A stretch of DNA of 64,000 bases from Nemertoderma westbladi (taxonomy: Eukaryota > Animalia > Xenacoelomorpha), in contig JAUCBJ010001126.1 of NCBI GenBank assembly GCA_032718475.1, forward strand, positions 107-64,106, given 5' to 3'. This document shows positions 34,505-47,900 of the stretch, piece after piece. Both the position numbers and the translations under genes were made by a program. Under the pieces are notes generated by a model, which was not told where the DNA came from, did no database searches, and worked only from the letters and a program-made list of their open reading frames with translations. The stretch's first letter is position 1, and every line of letters begins with the position of its first letter.

Positions 34505-36877
34505 AGAACAGGATCACACAGACGGATCAGTTCTACAACAGCAGCGCCCAATAGGATTCATCCGCTGCGCCTGCAGGGTTGTCTGGGTTTTGGCAGTAAG
34601 ATGTTACTAAGTATATTGTACTGTACAACGCTTCGTTTGTTAAGTGAGTATTGTCTCCGATTCCATGATGCATTAGGCCTAGTATCTGGTGTATGTACCA
34701 TGTTCTGGCTCTGGGGTCTACCACAGTACGGACCCACTAGGCGTCACGAAATCACGAATAATAACTGCTCTATGCTCAATATGAGGTCTGGCAATTAAAT
34801 AGCCAATAACATGGATGGTTGGATTTCTGATTCCGTTTCACCTTTTTAAATAAAGTTTCTTCTGTAATACTGTGAAGAAATGATGCTTTTAAATAATTAA
34901 TATCAATATAAAAGGGATTAACAGGGAGTTTTACTGTTAATAAAATACATAAATTAATGGAAAGCAAACACAGTAGGTTTAATAATTAATCGAACGTTCT
35001 TATACCAAAACAATTATTCAAATTAAATGAAATATTTTCATTGAATCGCACAAACATTGCAATACCAAATGCTAAAATGGACATACAGGAATTTTAAAGA
35101 AACAAAATAACCACATCAACAAATCAATGCAACAATAACAAACAGAAAACTCACACGTATAGAGGTTGCTGGTTGCATTGAGTACAAGTTAAATATGAGG
35201 GATTAACTAAACAGTTAAGCAGAAGAGCGACAATGTCAGACTAAACCTGTCAATCAATGTATATTTCCTTTTACAAAGAGGGTAATATAATTAAATTAAA
35301 ACACTCAAGTTACCGATGAAATAAAATTAACGTCTAAATTAGAGTGCAGGCAGGTAACACTAATACTAGGCGCACACACACGCACATCTTACAATAATGT
35401 AAAATATAATGAAAACGTACGTTCACACACACACAAGTTATTACAACAAAAGTAGAAATACATTATTATATGCGATGTGAGCACAATATATAAATTGATG
35501 TAGAACTAATCCCACTCCTCAATTGAGCCTAACAACCGACCATATACACCTCATTATCCCATGGAATGACGACACGCCGCTGCCTAGAAACGATATACTT
35601 CGTACTGAATTGTTGCTAAGCAGCTACCCCCGTAGGAACAACATAGTGACCCAACACTAAAACCCAACAGAAACTTTAAGATAAATTGATAGATGGTCCG
35701 GAGCTGTATAGTGCGAGCCAGCCACAACGACGAAAATAAATCGTCTACCGATAACTTCCCTACCGAAATATCTTCAAAATTACAAATTCTCCCTAAACGC
35801 TAACTAAAACAGGCTGTTCTACAACCTAACACTACCTGGTTCAAAGATGTAATGATGCAGAAACACAAACTTCACTAAATGGATGTAAAATTGAATTAAA
35901 TCACTAATTTCCTTTCGTCAACAAACAGCGACACCACGACTCACTAAACAACGCAACTCATAAAGTAATCTCGTTCTCTCTACACACCGAACTCCACAAA
36001 CAAGATTCAAAGCGCCAATAATAGAGAACTTGGACCCCCTTAATTATTCGGATCTTTAATTCCACGTAATAATAAATTATGTTTCTTAGGAAATGCGAAA
36101 TTAAACCAATCACAAAGCTTAAAACTCTACTAAACACAATAAACAGCGCCACGGTTGTAAGGTGTAATTTATTTCAAGTCAGAGTACCTCCACACAGCCC
36201 CTGACCACGCAGATCCCAGGTAAATAAACACAACACAAGAGAATATTAAAGGATATTCCTCTACTTAAAATATTCTGTCTACACGACACATTGACCCTCC
36301 GCCGGTGACAAACAAAAGTCTTAAATCATCCAAGGGTTAGGCGACCCCCGTATTGGCGACAGCGATCCACTGGTTGGGTGGTTACCATCAACCAATCGCG
36401 GTGGCGCATTCTAGGCCTGGTCCGGGCAGTCTCGAGCAAAATGGCCCAACTTTCCGCATTGGTAGCAGTCTGTCTGGCTCTTCCCTGTAGGACAACTGGC
36501 TGACATGTGACCTATTTCGCCACACCTAAAAAAAATATCAAAAAAATATAAGTATCAAAGTATTAGCTATGACACTAATAAACCGGATGGATGGAACCGG
36601 AAGTATGGTATAATAAGGAAAGCACCCAAAAAACGTAGTATGTCAAATTTCTTTAATTTATTATTTCTTTATCAATTTATTTATACAGTTGTAGTTTAGT
36701 TTAATTTATACCTACTTTTATAATTGCATTAGTATAACTTGCATTAGTTATTGTGTAACTGTGTAACGGAGAACCGGTACAGCTAGCTATACTGATTGTG
36801 TACCGGTACAGCTACTTTCCACACCACTTTCACAAAGCCGTGCAAAGGGTGTCATTAGTGACACCTTCCCCTGTAGT

Positions 36878-37650
36878 ATAGGCTATATCTTTACGGAGCC
36901 GTACAGTCGTCTACAGTTCCCCAGTCTGCAGCTAGATGGGGAATTGTCTAATAGTGAAAACCTTCTCTAACTTTGTTATTTACAACCCTTTTAAGCTGAA
37001 ACTTGGTAGGTATCGACTGCGGCATAGACTGTATCATTACGGAGCCGTAGATTCATCTACACTTCCATAGTCTGCCGGTAGAGGGCGAATTGTCTGATAG
37101 TAAAAATTTGATCTCATTTAGTTGTTTTAAATCCTTTTGAACTATATCGAACGGTATCTATTACGGCATAGGCTATATCTTTTACGGAGTCGCAGAGTAG
37201 TCTGAAGTTCCCCTGTCTGCCACTAGAGGGCTAATTGCCTTAAAGTGAAAACCTGATCTAATTTGGTTGTTTTTAATGCTTTTTTGCTGATAATTGGTAG
37301 ATGTGTATTAAACCATAGGGTGTATGTCTACGTCTAGGGAGTACGCCAAACAACCTGCAGTTCTCTATTCGACCGCTAGGGGGCGAAATGTCGGAAAGTG
37401 AAAACCTTCTCCCATTTCGATGTTTATAATGCTGTTCGGCTGATACTTGTCAGAGGTCTACCACACCATAGACAGCGTGTTTGTGGAGAACTCTGACCAA
37501 TCTGCAATAGCTATGTCTGCCGTAGAGGGCAAAACGTCTGAAAGTTAACATATTCTCTAACTTTGTTATTTACAATCCGTTTAGACTGAAACTTGTCTAG
37601 GCATCTCTTATGGGGATGATGTTTCATTATATGGTGTCTGTTCCGTATGC
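36878..37650 (+). promoter_or_regulatory. Second copy of the CTCF-like ~147-bp array
   Basis: Cores at 36929, 37075, 37220, 37373 (CCGCTAGGGGGCG) and 37520 (1-nt deletion). Confidence 0.7.
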
Positions 37651-39093
37651 AGTTCTCCAATCTGTCACTAATTTCTCCACACACTCATACTGTATATTAT
37701 CATCTATACGTCCCTCTTTAATAATATTCTTTGTACTGAGGTTTTCGAGAGGGCGCTGTTTCCAATGGTCCTATTCTATAAACGATCTAACCTATAATTA
37801 ATTAATTACGTCTACGAGGCATGCGTAATTAACAAATCTCGTTTACCATTTATCCATAAAATCTATGAAGCTATATTGCATATGACTTGTATGAGGGGCG
37901 ACACATGAGGCAAGATGTTTTAGATATATTATTTATTACACCATTTTAAACCCTCACCCTCAGCATCACCCTCAGCATCACCCTCAGCCTCACATCCGAG
38001 TCATTAGGTCTGCCTTAGACAAGAAATCTGAGGTTGGCTGCCACAGACAAGAAATCTGAGGTTGTATTGTCAAACATTGAGGTCCAGCAAAAGATTGTAA
38101 AAGAGCTTGAATGAGAGTAAATGGTAGACGATCTAATTAATCTTTCATATACGCATACGTTGCTTTCTATCAATTCCCTAATTACCGCTTTTATTTCTTG
38201 TGCGATTTCCTTTCTTATTGTTCAATTATTTTTTCGAGTATTTCCTCATTTTACCCCGATTGGGGGTGTTAATTGATTAATAAAAAAATTTAATTGCTAA
38301 TTACTTATTATTATTACTGAATGTAAAGAATAGTTAAAATGAATGTGGGTCAATGTGTGGTTTAATTTTAACGAACTACACGACACTACTAGGTGTGAAT
38401 GGATTGTAACAAACTATACGACACTAGGTGTAAATGGATTGGAACAAACTACACGACAATAGTTTAACAATAATTGAGTCACACCTATCATCGAAAATTT
38501 GGCATCATAATATTTTGTTACATTATATATATTGTACATTATCTATTAATCATATAGCAATATAATTGTAATGTCTTTCTTCTAAGTGAAGGCTATTTAT
38601 TCATTTAATCATTATTCATTCATTCCTACCTGTCACAATATTATGCAGTGTAGGCCTTATTATTATCGTCTGCCCTATTAGTATATATTGTATAGAATTT
38701 TATAATTGCAGAATCAACAACTACGTAAAGTTATTTAAAAAGTATTCACTCATTTTACATACCGTGCGAATAAATTAATACACTACAAATTTTAAAATTA
38801 TATCAATTTCAAAAAATGATACAATTATATTGTTGCTTAATTTACAAACCCTTTTTCTTAAATCCATTTTCACAAGTGTGAAATCAGTGACGAATGAATG
38901 ATTTTTTTGCAAAAAATTATTGCTGTTTGAGAAAAATTGTGGGGGACAGAGTTAGTACATATTATTAGGGAGTGGAGGTGAAATGAGACAATAAAGAAAA
39001 ATATAAAACAAAAGAGAAATAGACAATAGAGAAAATAAAGCAACAGATGATGGTCGGATGGTCCATCATCTGAATGTTGTGTCATATCGTACA

Positions 39094-39659
39094 CAAGGCG
39101 TACTATATACAAGGCCATGCCATCGAGTTAACTGGGGCGGTGACTCGGGGCAAGATTTTTTTTACAACTATTCGATATTTTGATATGGGGAGAATTCTAT
39201 AAATTTTCATTTGCTGCAAATTAATCAATGGACGTACTTGAAGCCTCCTCGTTAAGTAAGTTACAAAATTGTATGGTAGCTAGTGTTTTAGATAGGTTTA
39301 GCTAGTAATTTCGACACTGGTTCCGACATCCTATTTCCTTCTACAAATATTTTGTAGTAGCTAGTTCTTATTACTAATTGTATAGAAAATGTTCCAGAAG
39401 ATGTTAGCTACCGGTATTTATTTAAAAAAAAATTATGTTCTAGAACAAATATTTTTTGTTCTAAAACATATTTTAGAAAAAAATCTGGATTCTATTTAAA
39501 ACGCATGGAATACGTTCTAAAACGTGTTTAAAATCAATAAAAAAAATTGTGAAAAAAAAATATTGTGAAAAAAAATGTTTGTTTATTGATTTTAAACACG
39601 ATGACTTAACATCAGTTAACTCGATGGCATGGCCTTGTATAGGCGTATAGTACGCCTTG
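39094..39659. mobile_element. P-element/hAT-like MITE
   Basis: TIR CAAGGCGTACTATA...TATAGTACGCCTTG and perfect 8-bp TSD ATCGTACA (39086-93, 39660-67). Confidence 0.85.
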
Positions 39660-40346
39660 ATCGTACATCAGTATGTGTGGTGCAGTGTAGTTCAGTAGTT
39701 AGCTGTTTAGAACAGGAGGCACTGGTATGCGGTACCACTGTACCAGTAAGCATGTGGCAATTACCGGTACTGAATTACATAATTCAGGAATTAGCTGCAA
39801 CTGTCTGACGTTTCTGGATTTTACCAAACTGAAAAGGTCAACAAAACCAATTCAGTAATTAACTGATTAAACCAACGTTTATACTAATTTGGAATGGGGA
39901 ATACCGCAATAGAGGTACCGTACCTGTAGCTGGAAGTTTACAAGGCACAACTCACAAGGTACCGTTAGCTTCCAAGTCCAGTACACACAGTTGGTGGTAC
40001 TGGTAATGTCAGAGTCAGAGTGTAGGTTAGTATAGTAGGTATAGGTACCGATACAGAACCGGTTAGGGAAGGGTTCGCGAAATGCGTTTCACCAAATTCA
40101 GAAATTATTACACCTTTTGTTTTACTTTTATACCTATTATTATAAATATTATATATATATAAGCAATAATTATTCGACCCAAAGACTGAAAGACCATTCC
40201 ATATATAATTGAAATTATAAAAATCTGAAAATAGTACCTATAAAATAGGAGAACTAGAAGAAGGAAATAGGAGAAGAACTATAAATTTGACAGGCAAACG
40301 GGTACCGGTACCTCTATTGTGTTCGTGACAGAGGCAAAGCCAAACG

Positions 40347-40640
40347 ATGGCCGATGAGTTCGTTCGCAACGAAATAGCAGCAAACAAAATCGTTGTCTTC
40401 TCTAAAAGTTACTGCCCTTACTGTAAGATGGCGAAGGACTCACTCAAAAAAGTGGGAGCAAACCCGAAAGTAATCGAGATTAACGGTCGTCCAGATGGAA
40501 GGGAAATACAACAAGCACTTAGTGGTATAAGCGGATCGCATACGGTCCCCCAGGTATTCATTGACGGTAAATCTATAGGAGGGGGTACCGAAACGAAAGC
40601 TCTCGAGAAAAATGGAGAATTAGCGAAAATGGTCAAGTGA
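40347..40640 (+). CDS. GLRX: Dithiol glutaredoxin, intronless
   Basis: VVFSKSYCPYC, TVPQVFI, IGG motifs; 97 aa complete. Confidence 0.93.
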   Translation: MADEFVRNEIAANKIVVFSKSYCPYCKMAKDSLKKVGANPKVIEINGRPDGREIQQALSGISGSHTVPQVFIDGKSIGGGTETKALEKNGELAKMVK

Positions 40641-41484
40641 AAAAACATTTGGAATGGTCATGAGACTGGATACGGATACGAATAATGGATTCGAATCGCA
40701 GAATTAAAATCTCACAGCACTCCAACACTATAACCGTATGATTGCTGCAGTACTGCTTCATTACGATACGATACGAATAAGGACGACAATTAATTTAGAA
40801 ATTAACCTTCACAATTATTTAGGTGTATAATTCGACTTTACTTTATGAATATTCCCAGTCAACATAGCCGCGTACCGATGTCACGGCATATTTGCCTCCT
40901 AGGTCCCTAGGTTCAAGGTCCCCAGGCCCCTAGGGGGGGGGTGTTGGTCATTTTCGCCTGTCCCACTGGTACTATATAACCAAATCATAAAATATATTTA
41001 CTCAGGTACTAACCATTTATTAGTATTATATTATTGTGTGTGTGTAATAAATAACCATAATCCTTGAAGACACTGAGACGCTGGAAAAGTTTTAAATATT
41101 TTCAACTCGAGATCAAAACCACTTAAACCGAAAAATCTATTTCCGATTCGAAAAAGAAGTCTAGGTTCACTTAATAGTATAATATTACAATAAATGATAC
41201 GTTAATTTGTTGTCGTTACTAAGTTGTTTTTCGGTTTATTTTTATTCCATGGCGTTGTGGCTTCCTAATTTATAATCGTCTGTTGTCGTTGATTTGGCTG
41301 ATTTTTGTTGTTTATGTGTTTAGTTTAGCTATGCAAGATATTGTAGCAAATTATAATTAGTAATTCGATTCATGTTAATTGGATAGAACAACATTTGATA
41401 ATTATTTTGACAAATTGATAATAAAAGGCAAAAATAAATGTAAAACCCATTTTGGATCCAGTAATGAGTACCACTCTACCTATA

Positions 41485-41597
41485 GTTTACGTGTATCACT
41501 TGGACATGGTTCCGCCACAAGTGACCAATCACATACTTACCTGTAGCACTTAGTACCGCCACCAGTGACCAATCACATACTTACTTGTAGCACTTAG
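41485..41597 (-). repeat. 44-bp tandem duplication of an exon end + 5' splice site
   Basis: CTAAGTGCTACA(A/G)|GTAAGTATGTGATTGGTCAC twice on - strand, plus a degenerate third copy. Confidence 0.8.
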
Positions 41598-41852
41598 GTC
41601 CATTTCCATCTGTGCGGGTCTTATTGGGGCAGTCCCTGGCGTAGTGGCCCGACTCTCCGCACACGTAACAGGATTGTCCGCTGCCTCGCCCCTCGCTGCT
41701 ACTACAATCCCGGGCAACGTGCCCAGACTCGCCACACGCGTAGCACGTCTGTCCAACACTCTTCCTGGGACAGTCGCGAGCCATATGACCCTCCTCGTTG
41801 CAGTTGTAACACAGGACCACACCGCGACCAGGTCCACGACCCCCTTCAGTAT
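41585..41852 (-). CDS. CNBP: CNBP/GIS2-like zinc-knuckle protein, coding exon 3
   Basis: Acceptor TTTTTAG at 41853-54 (phase 1); three CX2CX4HX4C knuckles; ends KCYK at GTAAGT (41584). Confidence 0.8.
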
Positions 41853-41908
41853 CTAAAAACGATAAAGTTTTATTATACTGTAACGCGTTTTTCTGGAGTA
41901 AAATGAAA

Positions 41909-44900
41909 TACGCAAAGTGTGAACATTTACTTGAGTTGGTAAATCCCTCGCGAATTGTGCACACTTAGTTCGGTTGGTGCAATCCCTCACGAAGTATGAA
42001 CACTTACTTAGGTTGGTACAATCCCCCGCGAAGTGTATGAACACTTACTTGGGTTGGTACAATCACTCACGAAGTGTGAACGATTACTTGGATTGGTACA
42101 AACCCTCGCGAAGTGTGAACACTTACTTGGGTTGTTACAATCCCTCACGAAGTGTGAACGATTACTTGGGTTGGTACAATCCCTCGCGAAGTGTGAACAC
42201 TTACTTCGATTGGTGAAATCCCTCGCGAAGTGTGAACACTTACTTGGGTTGGTGCTATCCCTCGCGGAGTGTGAACATTTACTTGGGTTGGTACAATCCC
42301 TCACGAAGTGTGAACGATTACTTGGGTTTGTACAATCCCTCGCGAAATGTGAACACTTAGTTCGGTTGGTGCAATCCCTCGCGAAGTGTATGAACACTTA
42401 CTTGGGTTGGTACAATCCCTCACGAAGTGTGAACGATTACTTGGATTGGTACAATCCTTCGCGAAGTGTGAACACTTACTTGGGATGGTGCAATCCCTCG
42501 CGAAGAGTGAACAGCTTGGGTTGTTACAATCCCTCACGAAGTGTGAACGATTACTTGGGTTTGTACAATCCCTCGCGAAATGTGAACACTTAGTTCGGTT
42601 GGTGCAATCCCTCGCGAAGTGTGAACACTTACTTGGGTTGGTGCTATCCCTCGCGGAGTGTGAACATTTACTTGGGTTGGTACAATCCCTCGCGAATTGT
42701 GAACACTTACATGGGATGGTATAATCCCTCGCGAAGTGTTCGCCTGAACACTTATATACTTTGGTTGGTACAATCCCTCGCGTAGTGTGAACACTAACTT
42801 GGGTTGGTACAATCCCTAGTTACTTGGGTTGGTGCAATCCCTCGCGAAGTGTGAACATTTACTTGGGTTGGTAAATCCCTCGCGAATTGTGAACAATTAG
42901 TGGGATGGTACAATCCTTCGCGAAGTTTTCACCTGAACACTTATATACTTGGGTTGGTACATTCCCTCGCGAAGTGTTCGCCTGAACACTCATATACTTG
43001 GGTTGGTACAATCCCTCGCGAAGTGTGAACACTTACTTGGTTTGGTCGCGAAGTGTGAACATTTACTTGGGTTGGTACAATCCCTCGCGAATTGTGAACA
43101 TTTACTTGGGTTGGTAGAATCCCTCGCGAAGTATAAACACTTACTTGGTTTGGTCGCGAAGTGTGAACATTTACTTGGGTTGGTACAATCCCTCGCGAAT
43201 TGTGAACACTTACTTGGGATGGTACAATCCCTCGCGAAGTGTTCGCCTGAACACTCATATACTTGGGTTGGTACAATCCCTCGCGAAGTGTGAACACTTA
43301 CTTGGGTTGGTCGCGAAGTGTGAACATTTACTTGGGTTGGTACAATCCCTCGCGAATTGTGAACACTTACTTGGGATGGTACAATCCCTCGCGAAGTGTT
43401 CGCCTGAACACTCATATACTTGGGTTGGTACAATCCCTCGCGAAGTGTGAACACTTACTTGGGTTGGTCGCGAAGTGTGAACATTTACTTGGGTTGGTAC
43501 AATCCCTCGCGAATTGTGAACATTTACTTGGGTTGGTAGAATCCCTCGCGAAGTATAAACACTTACTTGGGTTGGTACAATCACTCACGACGTGTGAACG
43601 ATTACTTGGGTTGGTACAATCCCTCGCGAAGTGTTAACACATACTTGGGTTGGTACAACCACTCACGACGTGTGAACGATTACTTGGGTTGGTACAATCC
43701 CTCGCGAAGTGTGAACACATATTTGGGATGGTGCAATTCCTCGCGAAGTGTGAACACTTACTTGGGTTGATGCAATTCCTCGCGAAGTGTGAACACTTAC
43801 TTGGGTTGGTGCAATCCCTCGCGAAGTGTGAACATTTACTTGGGTTGGTACAATCCCTCGCGATTTGTGAACACTTACTTGGGATGGTACAATCCCTCGC
43901 GAAGTGTGAACACATACTTGGGTTGGTACAACCACTCACGACGTGTGAACGATTACTTGGGTTGGTACAATCCCTCGCGAAGTGTGAACACATATTTGGG
44001 ATGGTGCAATCCCTCGCGAAGTGTGAACACTTACTTGGGTTGATGCAATTCCTCGCGAAGTGTGAACACTTACTTGGGTTGGTGCAATCCCTCGCGAAGT
44101 GTGAACATTTACTTGGGTTGATACAATCCCTCGCGATTTGTGAACACTTACTTGGGATGGTACAAACCCCCGCGAAGTGTTCGCCTGAACACTTATATAC
44201 TTGGGTTGGAACAATCCCTCGCGAAGTTAGAACACTTACTTGGGTTGGTACAATCCCTCACGAAGTGCAAACGATTACTTGGATTGGTACAATCCCTCGC
44301 GAAGTGTGAACACTTACTTGGGTTGGTACAATCCCTCACGAAGTTGAAACGATTACTTGGATTGGTACAATCCCTCGCGAAGTTTGAACACTTACTTGGG
44401 TTGGTACAATCCCTCACGAAGTGCAAACGATTACTTGGATTGGTACAATCCCTCGCGAAGTTTGAACACTTACTTGGGTTGGTACAATCCCTCACGAAGT
44501 GCAAACGATTACTTCGATTGGTACAATCCCTCGCGAAGTTTGAACACTTACTTGGGTTGGTACAATCCCTCACGAAGTGCAAACGATTACTTGGATTGGT
44601 ACAATCCCTCACGAAGTGCAAACGATTACTTGAATTGGTATAATCCCTCGCGAAGTGTGAACACTTACTTGGGATGGTGCAATCCCTCGCGAAGTGTGAA
44701 AACTTGCTTGGGTTGTTACAATCCCTCACGAAGTGTGAACACTTACTTGGGTTGGTGCAATCACTCACGAAGTGTGAACGATTACTTGGGTTGGTACAAT
44801 CCCTCGCGAAGTGTGAACACTTACTTGGGTTGGTACAATCCCTCGCGAAGTGTGAACACTTACTTGGGTTGGTACAATCCCTCACGAAGTGTGGACACTT

Positions 44901-47900
44901 ACTTGGGTTGGTGCAATCACTCACGAAGTGTGAACGATTACTTGGGTTGGTGCAATCCCTCGCGGAGTGTGAACATTTACTTGGGTTGGTACAAACCCTC
45001 GCGAATTGTGAACACTTACTTGGTTTGGTACAATCCCACGCGAAGTATGTGAACACTTACTTGGGTTGGTGCAATCCCTCGCGGAGTGTGAACACTTACT
45101 TGGTTTGGTAGTGGTACAATCCCTCGCGAAGAATGAACACTTACTTGGTTTGGTACAATACCTCGCGAAGTATGAACACTTACTTGGTTTGGTACAATAC
45201 CTTGCGAAGTATGAATGAACACTTACTTGGGTTGGTACAATCTCTCGCGAAGTGTGTGAACACTTATTTGGTTTGGTACAATACCTCGCGAAGTATGAAC
45301 ACTTACTTGGGTTGGTACAATCCCTCGCGAAGTGTGAACACTTACTTGGGTTGGTAGTGGTACAATCCCTCGCGAAGTGTGAACACTTACTTGGGTTGGT
45401 GCAATCCCTCGCGAAGTGTGAACACTTACTTGGGTTGGTAGTGGTACAATCCCTCGCGAAGTGTGAACACTTACTTGGGTTGGTAGTGGTACAATCCCTC
45501 GCGAAGTGTGAACACTTACTTGGGTTGGTACAATCCCTCGCGAAGTGTGAACATTTACTTGGGTTGGTACAATCCCTCGCGAAATGTGAACACTTACTTG
45601 GGTTGGTACAACCCCTCGCGAAGTGTGAACACTTACTTGGGTTGGTACAATCCCTCGCGAAGTGTGAACACTTACTTGGGTTGGTGCAATCCCTCGCGAA
45701 GTGTGAACACTTACTTGGGTTGGTACAATCCCTCGCGAAGTGTGAACACTTACTTGGGTTGGTACAATCCCTCGCGAAGTGTGAACACTTACTTGGGTTG
45801 GTACAATCCCACGCAAAGTGTGAACACTTACTTGGGTTGGTACAATCCCTCGCGAAGTGTGAACACTTACTTCGGTTGGTACAATCCCTCGCGAAGTGTA
45901 AACACTTACTTGGGTTGGTACAATCCCTCACGAAGTGCAAACGATTACTTCGATTGGTACAATCCCTCGCGAAGTTTGAACACTTACTTGGGTTGGTACA
46001 ATCCCTCACGAAGTGCAAACGATTACTTGGATTGGTACAATCCCTCACGAAGTGCAAACGATTACTTGAATTGGTATAATCCCTCGCGAAGTGTGAACAC
46101 TTACTTGGGATGGTGCAATCCCTCGCGAAGTGTGAAAACTTGCTTGGGTTGTTACAATCCCTCACGAAGTGTGAACACTTACTTGGGTTGGTGCAATCAC
46201 TCACGAAGTGTGAACGATTACTTGGGTTGGTACAATCCCTCGCGAAGTGTGAACACTTACTTGGGTTGGTACAATCCCTCGCGAAGTGTGAACACTTACT
46301 TGGGTTGGTACAATCCCTCACGAAGTGTGGACACTTACTTGGGTTGGTGCAATCACTCACGAAGTGTGAACGATTACTTGGGTTGGTGCAATCCCTCGCG
46401 GAGTGTGAACATTTACTTGGGTTGGTACAAACTCTCGCGAATTGTGAACACTTACTTGGTTTGGTACAATCCCACGCGAAGTATGTGAACACTTACTTGG
46501 GTTGGTGCAATCCCTCGCGGAGTGTGAACACTTACTTGGTTTGGTAGTGGTACAATCCCTCGCGAAGAATGAACACTTACTTGGTTTGGTACAATACCTC
46601 GCGAAGTATGAACACTTACTTGGTTTGGTACAATACCTTGCGAAGTATGAATGAACACTTACTTGGGTTGGTACAATCTCTCGCGAAGTGTGTGAACACT
46701 TATTTGGTTTGGTACAATACCTCGCGAAGTATGAACACTTACTTGGGTTGGTACAATCCCTCGCGAAGTGTGAACACTTACTTGGGTTGGTAGTGGTACA
46801 ATCCCTCGCGAAGTGTGAACACTTACTTGGGTTGGTGCAATCCCTCGCGAAGTGTGAACACTTACTTGGGTTGGTAGTGGTACAATCCCTCGCGAAGTGT
46901 GAACACTTACTTGGGTTGGTAGTGGTACAATCCCTCGCGAAGTGTGAACACTTACTTGGGTTGGTACAATCCCTCGCGAAGTGTGAACATTTACTTGGGT
47001 TGGTACAATCCCTCGCGAAATGTGAACACTTACTTGGGTTGGTACAACCCCTCGCGAAGTGTGAACACTTACTTGGGTTGGTACAATCCCTCGCGAAGTG
47101 TGAACACTTACTTGGGTTGGTGCAATCCCTCGCGAAGTGTGAACACTTACTTGGGTTGGTACAATCCCTCGCGAAGTGTGAACACTTACTTGGGTTGGTA
47201 CAATCCCTCGCGAAGTGTGAACACTTACTTGGGTTGGTACAATCCCACGCAAAGTGTGAACACTTACTTGGGTTGGTACAATCCCTCGCGAAGTGTGAAC
47301 ACTTACTTCGGTTGGTACAATCCCTCGCGAAGTGTAAACACTTACTTGGGTTGGTACAATCCATCACTAAGTGTGAACACTTACTTGGGTTGGTAGTGGT
47401 ACTACTACTACTACTACTAGGTCGAGCGAACTCGGACAGTGGAAATGAGATCCTTCCAGGCTTCCCGATTCTCCATAGTTGTCGCAATTTCGTTTCTCCC
47501 AAGTGCAGTATCCCTTTCAAGTTGATCTATATATGTTATGGCAGGTCGTCCACGACTACGCTTTCCATGAGTTGGTTGCCAGAGAAGTAGATCTGGTATG
47601 ACCTCGTCTTTACTTCGCCAGCAGTGCCCACTGAATCTTAATTTGCGTTCACGGAGGGTGGTTGATACAGGTGGTATTGTATCATAAAGCTCGGCGTTTG
47701 TCATGTGTTGTCTCCAGCTGATGTTTAGGGCTGCCCTTAGTAGTCTTGTGTAGCAACCATCAATTCGTTGTTCAAGTGATTTAGTCAGTGTCCAGGTCTC
47801 ACCCCCGTATAAAAATACACTTTCCACTGTGGCTCGAAAGAACTTAGTCTTCAGGTGCCTGGAGAGATCTGATTTCCAGATGGTAACCATTTTTGATAGA

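Larger units (their letters stand above)
33391..38721. repeat. Copy 2 of the ~4.3 kb direct repeat
   Basis: Colinear with copy 1; lacks its LTR, RTE-X and Kolobok insertions; has its own insertion 33481-34502 and an extra ~150 nt at ~37766-37920. Confidence 0.92.
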
